A DNA stretch of 64,000 nt, from positions 40,344,851 to 40,408,850 of the forward strand of contig CM074519.1 in NCBI GenBank assembly GCA_037379345.1, read 5' to 3'. Below are positions 54,101 to 64,000 of the stretch, one piece after another; the stretch's first letter is position 1; every line of letters starts with the position of its first letter. The DNA comes from Perna viridis (lineage: Eukaryota). The position numbers were made by a program, and so were the translations under genes. The notes under the pieces are model-generated. The model saw nothing but the letters and a program-made list of their open reading frames with translations. It had not been told where the DNA came from and made no database searches.

Positions 54101-55617
54101 GGATTTGATACATCGCATCTACCCCAAAGAACTTGAGATAAAGGATACTACAGACACTGTGAAGTCAGCCTCATATCTTGACCTTTACTTAGAAATCGAT
54201 GGTAAAGGATAACTATTGACCAAACTTTACGACAAACATGATGACTTTTCATTCAGAATTGTCAACTTTCCTTTTATCTATGGCAACAGCCCTTCAGCAC
54301 CTGCATATGGAATGTTCATATCACAACTTATACGTTACGCCAGAGCTTGCCGAGACTACACAAACTTTTTTTTTGTCTAGCATTCTAACAAACAGGCTTC
54401 TGGAACAGGGTTATGTTGCTACAAGACTGAAGTTTTATGGTTGTCATCATGAACTCGTGGATCGTTATGGTGTATCCATCTGCACCATGAAATCTGATTT
54501 ATTCAACGGATCATAGTTTTTCTTTCCTCGTTTGTCTACCCCGGACTTGACTTTTTATGAGCAACTCAGCAGGTGTTTCTAGAAAAGCTGAGGACACTTA
54601 CCCTACCGGAGCACCTGGTCCTTTCTCCCAGTTTTTAGTGGAGTCCGAGTTGCTCATTTGCTTTTGTTACTTTGTATGTAAGATTTTAGTTAATTCATAT
54701 TCTTCATTGTGTACGTCTGTTTTCCATGTCGGGTATTTGTCCCTGGATTACATTCTTTTGATTAATGCTATAACCTTGGTTCCCTAAATTACTCTTTCAG
54801 ATGATGCTATATTATAGACAAACAGAAGGACAGACTGAAACCTAAATTCCCTTGATTCTGTTTGTTAAAAGAAATGCCTTGAGGTACCACTAAATCAACT
54901 TTCAATCAGGTATCAACCATAGAGATAATAAAAGGATAAGTAATTCATTGTAATTACAGACAGACAGAAGACAAGGATGTAATACTTGTGATTCTTGTGA
55001 TACTAAGTCCCTAATTAGTTATTATATTTAATTTTAATTTTATCGGATTCTAAAAGGGCGTTGGATCTTTTATGTGTAAGAATATATTACTAGGAATACT
55101 GCAGGGACATATCACTCAAATTGGTATTAATATGGCCTACTAAAAGGAGGATCAGTATTCATACTCTATCATTATTTTTTTTTAATTATATAAGCTTCTG
55201 GTACAGCATACTGTATGAACATAAATTATTGGCACTACCGCACCTGCCATGCCTTCTGTAACCTCATGATACTGTGTATATTAAGTGGAAGATCAAGCAT
55301 AAAATATCAAATTTATGTCAATTTAATAAATCATTCTCAACAATTGCCACTTTCTATACAATTGTTTTTTTGTATCCTTACTCTAACTTCATAATTTATT
55401 TGTACAGACCTTCTTTCCTTAAATGGTCTTTCCCACCAGCAAATAGTTTAAAGTAATATTTATGTTGTGCATTTTCATCAAACATTTTGAGCAGTTCTTT
55501 CCCTGACTTAACAAACTGTTCCCTGGTAATTCTCTCACGGTCTCTCTCTGTATGACCATGACACATCTGTTTGTATAATAACTTCCCAAACGTGTGTAGT
55601 GGTCCATGGAAGGCATT
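39153..55617 (-). CDS. TLDc-domain protein (MEAK7/Rtc5-like family), 10 coding exons found, 5' end missing
   Basis: Exons 55617-55410, 53411-53299, 48029-47898, 46791-46606, 45393-45323, 44038-43940, 43533-43460, 42577-42423, 41475-41383 and 39254-39153. All are GT-AG and phase-compatible, giving 410 aa open to TGA. TLDc motifs WTSLYNSTEDGLSLNRF, YHGPTITL, W...FGG...LLQITP, GIFVG and EVWGCG, followed by a WDENPDKQILQWGG tail. Confidence 0.9.
41961..42305. repeat. Minisatellite, ~34-bp unit x10 (intronic)
   Basis: CATACAATAACTGATGGAAC(G/A)GGTCAGTGAAAAA head-to-tail, no unique spacers. Confidence 0.95.
43011..43175 (-). mobile_element. Penelope-like element 3' tail fragment (intronic)
   Basis: AGAGTAATCAAGGGAACCAAGGTTATAGCG...GGACTCCACTAAAAA is the reverse complement of the family tail. 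Confidence 0.8.
45795..45906. repeat. Minisatellite, ~37-bp unit x3
   Basis: GATATAAGTAAAAATATACAGTGTAATGTAC(A/T)GTGTA repeated. Confidence 0.8.
46995..47957. repeat. Minisatellite, 89-bp unit x~11, containing the 3' end and splice donor of a TLDc-gene exon
   Basis: Units start at 46996, 47091, 47180, 47269, 47358, 47447, 47535, 47624, 47713, 47802 and 47891. The last unit overlaps exon 48029-47898. Confidence 0.95.
52157..52739. mobile_element. MITE-like element with imperfect TIRs
   Basis: Left GAAAGG...CAGTAAGGGCAAAATTTGGCCTC pairs imperfectly with right GAGGCCAAAAGGGGTCCTTACTGAACTTTCTCCTTTC. Confidence 0.45.
53928..54796 (+). mobile_element. Penelope-like (Naiad-type) retroelement, 5'-truncated, relatively well preserved (intronic, antisense to the TLDc gene)
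   Basis: IPMGTNCAPLFADLFLHS*EADF...FCYLDDVLSL...KSASYLDLYLEIDGKG*LLTKLYDK...PAYGMFISQLIRYARAC...MKSDLFNGS*, plus the complete family tail. Confidence 0.9.
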
Positions 55618-55904
55618 CTGAAATAGAAAGTTCCATGGTAAAAAAAAGGTTAAAAAAGGTATATTATTTGTTACCTTAATACAGTTTTTATCAATATGTA
55701 TTAGGTCACAAAAGCAAGCTTGAATCACAGTCAATTTTTTTAGTTGAAGAAACATAGGTGGAAAAAATTTACCGTCAATATTCTATACCTTTATGTATTA
55801 AAACACACTGAAACAACACCAGTTGTAGTGTGAGTAATAGAAATATTTCACAGCATAATGCCTGTTTTTGGCCATTTTGCGCTTCTTTACTTACATTCAT
55901 CGGG

Positions 55905-57005
55905 TGAGTGTCTGAACATTCACACCTCAGACACTCAGACAGTGACTGATCACTTACACTTCAGACACTCAGACAGTGACTGATTGCTCACACAGCAGAT
56001 ATGCAGACAGTGACTGAACACTCACACCTCAGAGTCACTTAGACAGTGACTGATTATTTACACTCAAACTTTAGGCAATCAGACAGTGACTGATCACTCA
56101 CATCTCAGACACTCAGACAGTGACTGATCACTTACACTTCAGACACTCAGACAGTGACTGATTGCTCACACAGCAGATACGCAGCTAGTGACTGAACACT
56201 CACACCTCAGAGTCACTCAGACAGTGACTGATTATTTACACTCAAACTTTAGGCAATCAGACAGTGAATGAGCACTCACACCTCAGACACTCAGACAGTG
56301 ACTGATCACTTACACTTCAGATACTCAGACAATGAGTGAACACTCATACCTTAGACACTCAGAGAGTGAATGATCACTTACACAGATAATCAGACAATGA
56401 CTGAACACTCAAACTTAAGACAATCAGACAGTGACTGATCACTCACACCTCAGACACTCGGACAGTGACTGAACACTCACACCTCAAATAGTCATAAAGT
56501 GATGGTACACCCACACTTAAGACAATCACAGATTGACTGATCACTCACACCTATGACAGTGACTGTTCACTCACACCTAAGATAGAGATTGACAGCGACT
56601 AATCACCCATACCTCAGACACTAAGACAATGACTAATCTCATACACCTCAGACATTCAGATAGTGATGATCACTCACAACTCAGAAAGTGACTGATCAAT
56701 CACACCTCAGTCAGTCAGACAGTGACTGAACACTCACACCTCAGACAGTGACTGATCACTCACACCTTAGAAAGTGACTGATCACTCACTCCTCAGACAC
56801 TCAGACAGTGACTGATCACTCACTCCTCAGACACTCAGACAGTGACTGATCACTCACACTTCAGACACAGACAGCAACAAATCAATCATACATCAGTCAG
56901 TCAGATAGTGACTGATCACTCACACTTCAGACACTCAGACAGTGACTGATCACTTAGACATTCATCTGTGACTGATCACTTAGACATTCATCTGTGACTG
57001 ATCAC
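55905..57005. repeat. Degenerate satellite, ~22-34-bp units with higher-order structure
   Basis: More than 30 variants of CAGACACTCAGACAGTGACTGATCACTCACACCT. Confidence 0.9.
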
Positions 57006-58159
57006 TAATAGAACTGATTGCTCTCTTGATATATCAGGTCACAAGTGTTGATAAAACTGCAATAAGTAATGACCATAGCTGAAGTTCAAGTTTGACCATA
57101 GTTGAAATTCAAGTTCATCAGACAAATTTTATCAACTTAACACATTCTCAATTATCAAATCTCATTTTATAATACTTTGAACTGCAATACTACTAAGGGT
57201 ATTTAAGGTATATCTATCAATGGAGTAATGATAAACTGACATTGAACCACACAATTATCTTATTTTGTGTTATTAATAATATGTTTACTTGTTCACTTTC
57301 TCTGGACTGCCACAGTACTGTCTATATCATATCTCATAATCAAGGTCAAATTATTCACATTTAGGTTATTTGAGCAGGGAAAATAATAAAGTATCACTAC
57401 TTGTTACATGTACAGTTCCCATTAAACATAGTAAGAAAAGGTTTTAGAGAAACTATGCCATGACAAAACATCAGAATCCCCTGAGAGAGGACTCAAATGA
57501 ATCCTCAGAAATAAAAAGCTTCACAGAGCACAGCATGATAAGACTGCAGTGGTCAAACCCTGAACAGTTGGAAGAAGTGTGGACACAATATTAGTTTTTG
57601 ACACACTTAAGCACAGGAACTTAAACTTCATTATGGACACAACAACTGGTTTGGACACTACATTGCACAAAGTTTGATATTCAAATAAAAATTTTCAAAA
57701 TCAGACCGAAAATAAACAAGATGCTCTCAAAAACCTGAATAGCTCGCTTGGTTTAATAGCTTTAAAAAGTTGAAGACATGGAAAACCTAAAAATGGTCAA
57801 ACACCTAAACACACCAAATTAGCACAGAAGATATAAGTCATGATACTGAACATTTAAGAATCGACAATAACAAAATATTTGTCTATTGAAAAATAACATA
57901 AATTTTCCATGTGCATAATATGTTTATTGCCAATTCTTATAAATTAATTTTAAAACATATTTTTATCTTTAAACATGAGAAAATTAGCTCTGAATTTAAC
58001 TGAATAGGGGCATGTCAATATTTTTTCATCCACTGAGATATAACAAAACTATTTTAACCAATCAGTATTTATCTCAAATTAATTTATTTAAACATAATCA
58101 TCATTCTACTGATGATAACTGAATAATATGCTAAAAGTGCAAAAAATCATTAAAAATGC

Positions 58160-58900
58160 TAACAAGAGATTTTTCTCAAATTTGCACCAATAATAGGTCT
58201 TTACATACTTTTACATATATATTTTTATTCATATTAGAAAATCATGTTAACAACAGACAAAAACAGGGAAAATAGTCAAAATGACACTGGAGCCAACAAG
58301 AAAGGTCAACAGATTTTTTCTGATATTTGCACCAAAAATAGATATTAAAAAGCTGAACATTTTATCAATTTACATCAATCTTCAATCTGCTTTCATTTTC
58401 AAAATAATAGACAAAACCTGTTAAAACATCAAAAATAACACTTTCAAGGACCATAACTCCAAGAAAGGTCAACAGATTTTTCTGAAATTTGCACCAATAA
58501 TAGATAATGAATACTGAATATTTTATCAATTAACAATTATCATCAATCTGCTATTGTTTCTCTAAATACATGTACTAAGCAAAAACTGATAAAAACATCA
58601 AAAATGACACTTTTAAGTTCCATAACTCCAAGAAGTGTCAACAGATTTTTCTAAAATTTGCACTAAAAATAGATCTTTGAAATACTTATCATTTTATTAA
58701 TTTACACTTATTATCAATCTGCTTTTATTTTCTAAATACAAGGCAAGAAATGATAAAAGTGTAAAAAAAAAAAAAAACATTTAAGAACCATAACTTCAAG
58801 GAGGGTCAACAGATTTTTTCTGAAATTTGCAAACAAAAAAAATGACACTGAAATACTGAACATTTTATCAATTTACAATAATAATCATTCTCCTTTTGTT
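58160..58900. repeat. Diverged tandem repeat, ~165-bp unit x4-5, probably internal to a non-autonomous element
   Basis: CAAGAAAGGTCAACAGATTTTTCTGAAATTTGCACC recurs near 58297, 58460, 58629 and 58797. Confidence 0.7.
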
Positions 58901-60726
58901 TTCTAAGTAATAGGCAAAAAAAGTAAAATTAGCCCAAAAAAAACGTAACTCTAACATCAGTACATTGATTATCTTGAAATTTTCAGGGAAGATAAACCTC
59001 TTCCAGCCAAAGAATGTAAGACATCTAAGATTTCCTCTTTCTATTTTTGCTTTTGAGATATAAACAGAAATATATAGTGATACCCCATATGTTCCATTTT
59101 TAGTAACAGTGGCCATGTTTTTCAACAAAGGACCACAACAGATACAATTTTGGGAGTAGACATGCCAAGGATGATTGTCACCAAGTTTTTTAACATATTC
59201 TGTTCACTGGTTTCAGAGGAGAAGATTTTTTTCTTTTAAAAAGTGAAAAATTAACAATGAAGACAAGGATGAATGCCAAGTTGTGATTAAAGCTCACAAA
59301 GCCTTTTAGGCTAGATGTGCCTAAAAGGTGATTTTTTGGTTATCGTCCCATTGACCCCTTGAACCTCAAAAACCATAAGATATATATGAAATCTGATTGA
59401 AAATTGCAGGCAGGGACTTTCAAAAGGAATCCAATACAAAAAAGTTTTTGAAATCCTACCAAAAATTTTAAGAAGTTGATTATTTTAGGTTTGGCCACTT
59501 CAACCCATTGTCTTCAGAACAGCCCAAAACACATCTAATCTGTAATCTGCTTGATTTGTTTGTTGACAAGGACATCCAATAAGAAAAAAGAATACTTAAA
59601 ATCAGAAGAAAATGAACATTCTTCATGTGTTTTAATAAAACACCCATTTTTACATTGTTCGGCGCCTTATTCTAAAACAGTCGGGGCCACAAACTCCACA
59701 CTAAATAAGAAATTTCCTATAGTGGTTAGTAAAACCATATTAAATATTCTAACATTTGGTCAATCAAAACTAAAGTTATCGCACCGAATTTGTCTGAAAC
59801 AAAGTTTCCATAGATGACGACAACAACAACAAAGACAGTGCCATAACTACAAACTACAACAATTTTTTTACCATTGCAATTAATATTCATACTTGAAAAT
59901 TTATAGGTTTTGACCTTCAGTCTCTCCTTAAGAGAGACACAAAGTGTACAGAGCTTGGTTAAGATCCAGTAAGGAAATTGATTCTAGCTTCTTGAAAAAG
60001 ACGTTAGGATTCAACTAGACATCGTCCTAACAGGACTAATACCCCTGCTGCCTGCAGCCTTTAGAACCCTATACATATGAGGACCAACGTAGACACATGA
60101 TTCATAAAGAACTTATTTTTTAAAACACCCAATTTAAAACAGAAAGCAATAGTAATTTTTTTGTTGACAACACAATAACAGAATAAGACTGCAAATTTAC
60201 TGTAAGTTCCTGACACAATATAGTAATCTAACACTTGTTTAAGTTTCATTACAATCCGGCAATTCATTAAGAAAGAGTTGCCGAAATGAAAATGCGTAAG
60301 TCCAGCAGCATCATTTTTTCAATTTTAGCCCAAACATGAATTCTTGAAAAAATGCACATCCATTTATGGTAATTTAACACTTCATCAAGTTTCGTACCAA
60401 TGCTGCAAGTCGTTGAGCAGGAGTTGCAGACAGCCCATGAAACCAAGTTTTACAGAAGAATGCCTAAGTTCAACAGAAGTCATTTCTACAATTTTTGTCC
60501 AAACACAAAATCCTTACAATATGCACATCTCAATATGGTAGTTTAACACCCCATTAGTTTTTCATGACAAGCCCAAGTTTTGCTTAAAAACACCTATGTT
60601 TAAGAGCCATAATTTCTACAATTTTTATCCAAACATAAGTTTCTGAGAGTATACATGTCTCTATGTGGTTATTTTACACCCACAAAGTTTCATAACAATG
60701 CTGCAAGCTGCTTCAGAAACAGTTCA

Positions 60727-61370
60727 GACAGACAGACAGATAGATGGACAGACCAACAGGCAGGCTGAAACCTATATACCCCCTAAACTTTGTTTACAGG
60801 CAGATAGATGAACAGACCAACAGGCAGGGTAAAACCTAAATACCCCCAAACTTTGTTTACAGACAGATAGATAGACAGACGAACAGACAGGGTGAAACCT
60901 ATATACCCCCAAACTTTGTTTACAGACAGATAGATGGACAGACCAACAGACAGGGTGAAACCTATATACCCCCAAACTTTGTTTACAGGCAGACATATGG
61001 ACAGACCAACAGACAGGGTGAAACCTATATACCCCCAAAATTTGTTTACAGGCAGACATATGGACAGACCAACAGACAGGGTGAAACCTATATACCCCCC
61101 AAACTTTGTGTTTACAGGCAAACCTATGGACAGATCAACAGACAGGGTAAAACCTATATACCCCCAAACTTTGATAACAAGAACATAGATGTGCAGACGA
61201 ACAGACAGGGTGAAACCTATATACCCCCCAAACTTTGTTTACTGACAAATAGATGGACAGACCAACAGACAGGCTGAAACCTATATACCCCCAAATTTTG
61301 TTTACAGGCAGATAGATGGACAGACCCATAGACAGGGTGAAACCTATATACCCCCAAACTTTGTTTACAG
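60727..61370. repeat. Minisatellite, ~60-bp unit x~10
   Basis: GATGGACAGACCAACAGACAGGGTGAAACCTATATACCCCCAAACTTTGTTTACAG(G/A)CAGATA repeated; it explains the repetitive ORFs at 60772-61419. Confidence 0.95.
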
Positions 61371-62196
61371 GGGTATGAAAATAATGATAATCAATAAAGT
61401 TATTGATTTTCCTGAACATGTAAAGTCAAAGTTCTATTGAACAGTGATGTTTTCTCAGTGCTAATTAGGCTTTTACAGATAAGAAAAAAAAACAAATGTT
61501 ACTTTTTATCTCCTTCACAAATTTGCATCAAGGGATTAAAAAAGCTTTGAATATAGGAAATACATCTTTTCAATTTCAAATTATCTTTCCAATATTATTT
61601 ATTTGTCATGACTTGACCTTCAACTATGTCATAAATTATTTTTATATCCATAGGTCCAAGATAAGGTTTGATTTTCCAATTTTAATGGTTTTAAACTTAA
61701 CCTTGGAATTCTTATATTAATGCATACCTTGACATAAAACAATTATCTTTAGTATTTAAAACCTGACCTCACTGGTTTATGGCCAAGGTTCATACATGCT
61801 TAATCTATACAAATAACAGATTGAGAGGTCAATAATACAGTTTGTTTTGGCTTGAGAACTGGTCAGTGTAAATCCACATGGTCAACTCATATGTAAAATT
61901 TCATATCAGAGCTGATACACTATATATAGATTGGTCAGAGGCTTATACATATGGAGCCCACATGTGGACTTTCTTTATTCATGCATTAGTTTTAGCAAGC
62001 TGCAGGACACAAATTGTGAGGCAATACGTTAAATGAGATTTTTGGAATATTACTTCTGAACTGAACTGAAACAGTTCAAAGAACTGGGTCAATTTCTATC
62101 TAAACATGACAAGGAAGATAAGGTGTTGTTACACCATCAGTTTCTGTTTACAGTTTTGGAAGTGACTACTTTCTTATCACAATATAAGAAGTTTCA

Positions 62197-62539
62197 ATGT
62201 GTCTGGTGTGTAGAATAAACAAAGAAACAATGCATGCAGGGTTTTGTACCACCTTCAATGGACAATCTCAGAGACAAAAACACCATACACCACGGAGGCA
62301 TTCCTCATACACTTCTACCACACACCCAGATGTACCTGACATCAAATACTTTATAAAAGTGATTCTGGTTGGAGACCCATCTGTTGGAAAGACATCCCTG
62401 ATCAGAAAATACTGTAAATGCTCCTTGTGTTTATGTGAACAGACAATACGAAAACGATCATTGGCAAGCATGGAGTTCCATAATAAAGTGGTCAATGTGG
62501 AAGGAAGCAATGTCCAACTCAGGATACAGGATACTGCAG
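62197..62539 (+). CDS. Divergent Rab-like small GTPase, first coding exon (rest not found in window)
   Basis: IKVILVGDPSVGKTSLI (G1 P-loop), KVVNVEGSNVQLRIQDTAG (G3), then G|GTGAGT donor at 62540. Confidence 0.75.
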
Positions 62540-62569
62540 GTGAGTACTGATCTCTAGAGTAAGTAGTAA

Positions 62570-62810
62570 GTCACTTGCTCAGGGTCAAATCTATCAATTG
62601 TTATGTGTGGGCAATATAGGTGCCCAAAACTAGCCAGCTGAATGTAAAAAATGTCAACTGTTACAACATGTGTGGGCAATGTAAGTGCCAAAACCAGCTA
62701 GTTCTGGGTCAAATCTGTCCAATGTTATATGTGGGCAATATAGGTGCCAAAACTAGCTAGCTCTGGGTCAAATCTGTCAATTGTTATATGATGGGCAATA
62801 CAGTTGCCAG
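62570..62810. repeat. Diverged minisatellite, ~60-bp unit x4
   Basis: GGGTCAAATCTGTCAATTGTTATATGTGGGCAATATAGGTGCCAAAACTAGC variants. Confidence 0.7.
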
Positions 62811-64000
62811 CCCAATCTCACAGGGTAAAGATCATGCTCAGAGTTTTAAATTTTCTGCTGCTCACAAGAAAGTTTGGTATTAATATTTTCACTTTTCAAT
62901 AGAAATAAACATATAAAGGGTACATGTAATACCTTATGAGAATTCTAGAGCACAGATTTGAACTGTAGTATGGATGGAGCCATCAAGATTAGAAATTTTA
63001 GCAATTTCTTGCCACTGTCACTGCAATTAACTACAAACAAGTACACCTTCAAATCCTATTTGACTAACCATAACAGCAGGAAAAATAATATATTTGGAAG
63101 GTACAAAATGGCAAGGACATATTTGCATGTTAATATTTGCTTTGTTGGTTATACATGTAAGCAAAACTTTAACTTTTACATCTTTGAAATAGTGTCTTTT
63201 TTAAAGTTTCAAACTAACCCAAATACAGTTGCCTTCAATAAGAAACTTTATCAGTGAAGAAAACACATGGAAAGACACCTGATAATTAAAGTTTAAAGAC
63301 AATAAATCAGATTTAAATGCTTTCGAGGTTTCTTTTCTTTTGATGACAAGGAATATTTCTATGGTAAGAATTTCCTTCTTTTAGGATAAACCCAACTGAC
63401 AGACATTTATGTTTATGAATATTGATAGGATAATCTACATAATTAACATGATATTCCAATAAGTCTCTGAATACTTTTGCTCTCTCAGCTAAAGACTCTA
63501 AAACGTGAGTTAAATTGACCATAGGTAATCGGATGAAGACATTTACCTGTACAGCCAGGTAAAATACAATGAACCTTCATCTGACCTATACAGACACTAT
63601 TTCTGGCCATTATTTCTTCATACATTTTGACCTGAACACAAATCTGTACAGAGATAATGATTCTTTGTCATTATTTGAAACCTTTACAGATTAGTCCACA
63701 TTTCTAACTAGTGTCCAGAACATAGTTTATTTAGCTAAAAAAAACAGGAAAAGTATTTTGTCCACCCTAAACATGCATCATATTCAGTTAAAAGCTAACT
63801 AACCATGCTATTTATAATATAGCAAACAATTCTTTCAATTTATCTACTACTAACTTCAAAAACAATATATTACAGCCACACACTTGTATAGAAGATATTT
63901 AGGGACCAAAAATACATATTTTTATATATTTTTAAGTACTATTTCAAGGAGTCATAATGCCATAATTTGATATCTTCAGGCGAAGAGAGGTATCGCAGTA

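Noticed and set aside
60772-61419. Repetitive ORFs as repeat proteins (also 47053-48021+, 32584-32946, 45751-46073)
   Set aside because: They are translations of minisatellites, open on both strands, with no splice or start context.
63313-63640. Candidate 5' exon of the TLDc gene
   Set aside because: Splice-like sites exist but no recognisable in-phase coding sequence or N-terminal motif was found.

Overview
AT-rich animal genomic DNA with spliceosomal GT-AG introns. Repeat content and gene style suggest a bivalve mollusc (inference). Most ORFs in the supplied track are spurious; the real genes were rebuilt by hand from splice sites. (1) 3' exons of an MS4A/CD20-like tetraspan gene with a tyrosine-motif-rich, ITAM-like tail (~0.7-3.6 kb). 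(2) A 26-kb cluster of six secreted-protein genes (8.35-34.35 kb). Four are avidin/streptavidin-family loci in two subfamilies: one intact with a near-canonical pocket, one intact but with a rebuilt pocket, one canonical but frameshifted, and one pseudogene. Between them lie two tandem 5-exon paralogues encoding a ~200-aa secreted domain I cannot name. (3) Ten coding exons of a TLDc-domain (MEAK7/Rtc5-like) gene on the minus strand (39.2-55.6 kb; 5' end not found). (4) The first coding exon of a divergent Rab-like GTPase (62.2-62.5 kb). The window also holds many relics of one Penelope-like (Naiad-type) retroelement family, several MITEs and minisatellites. The best candidate for an undescribed system is the avidin cluster, especially a head-to-head pair of a basic canonical avidin and an acidic avidin-like protein that has lost most biotin-contact residues.
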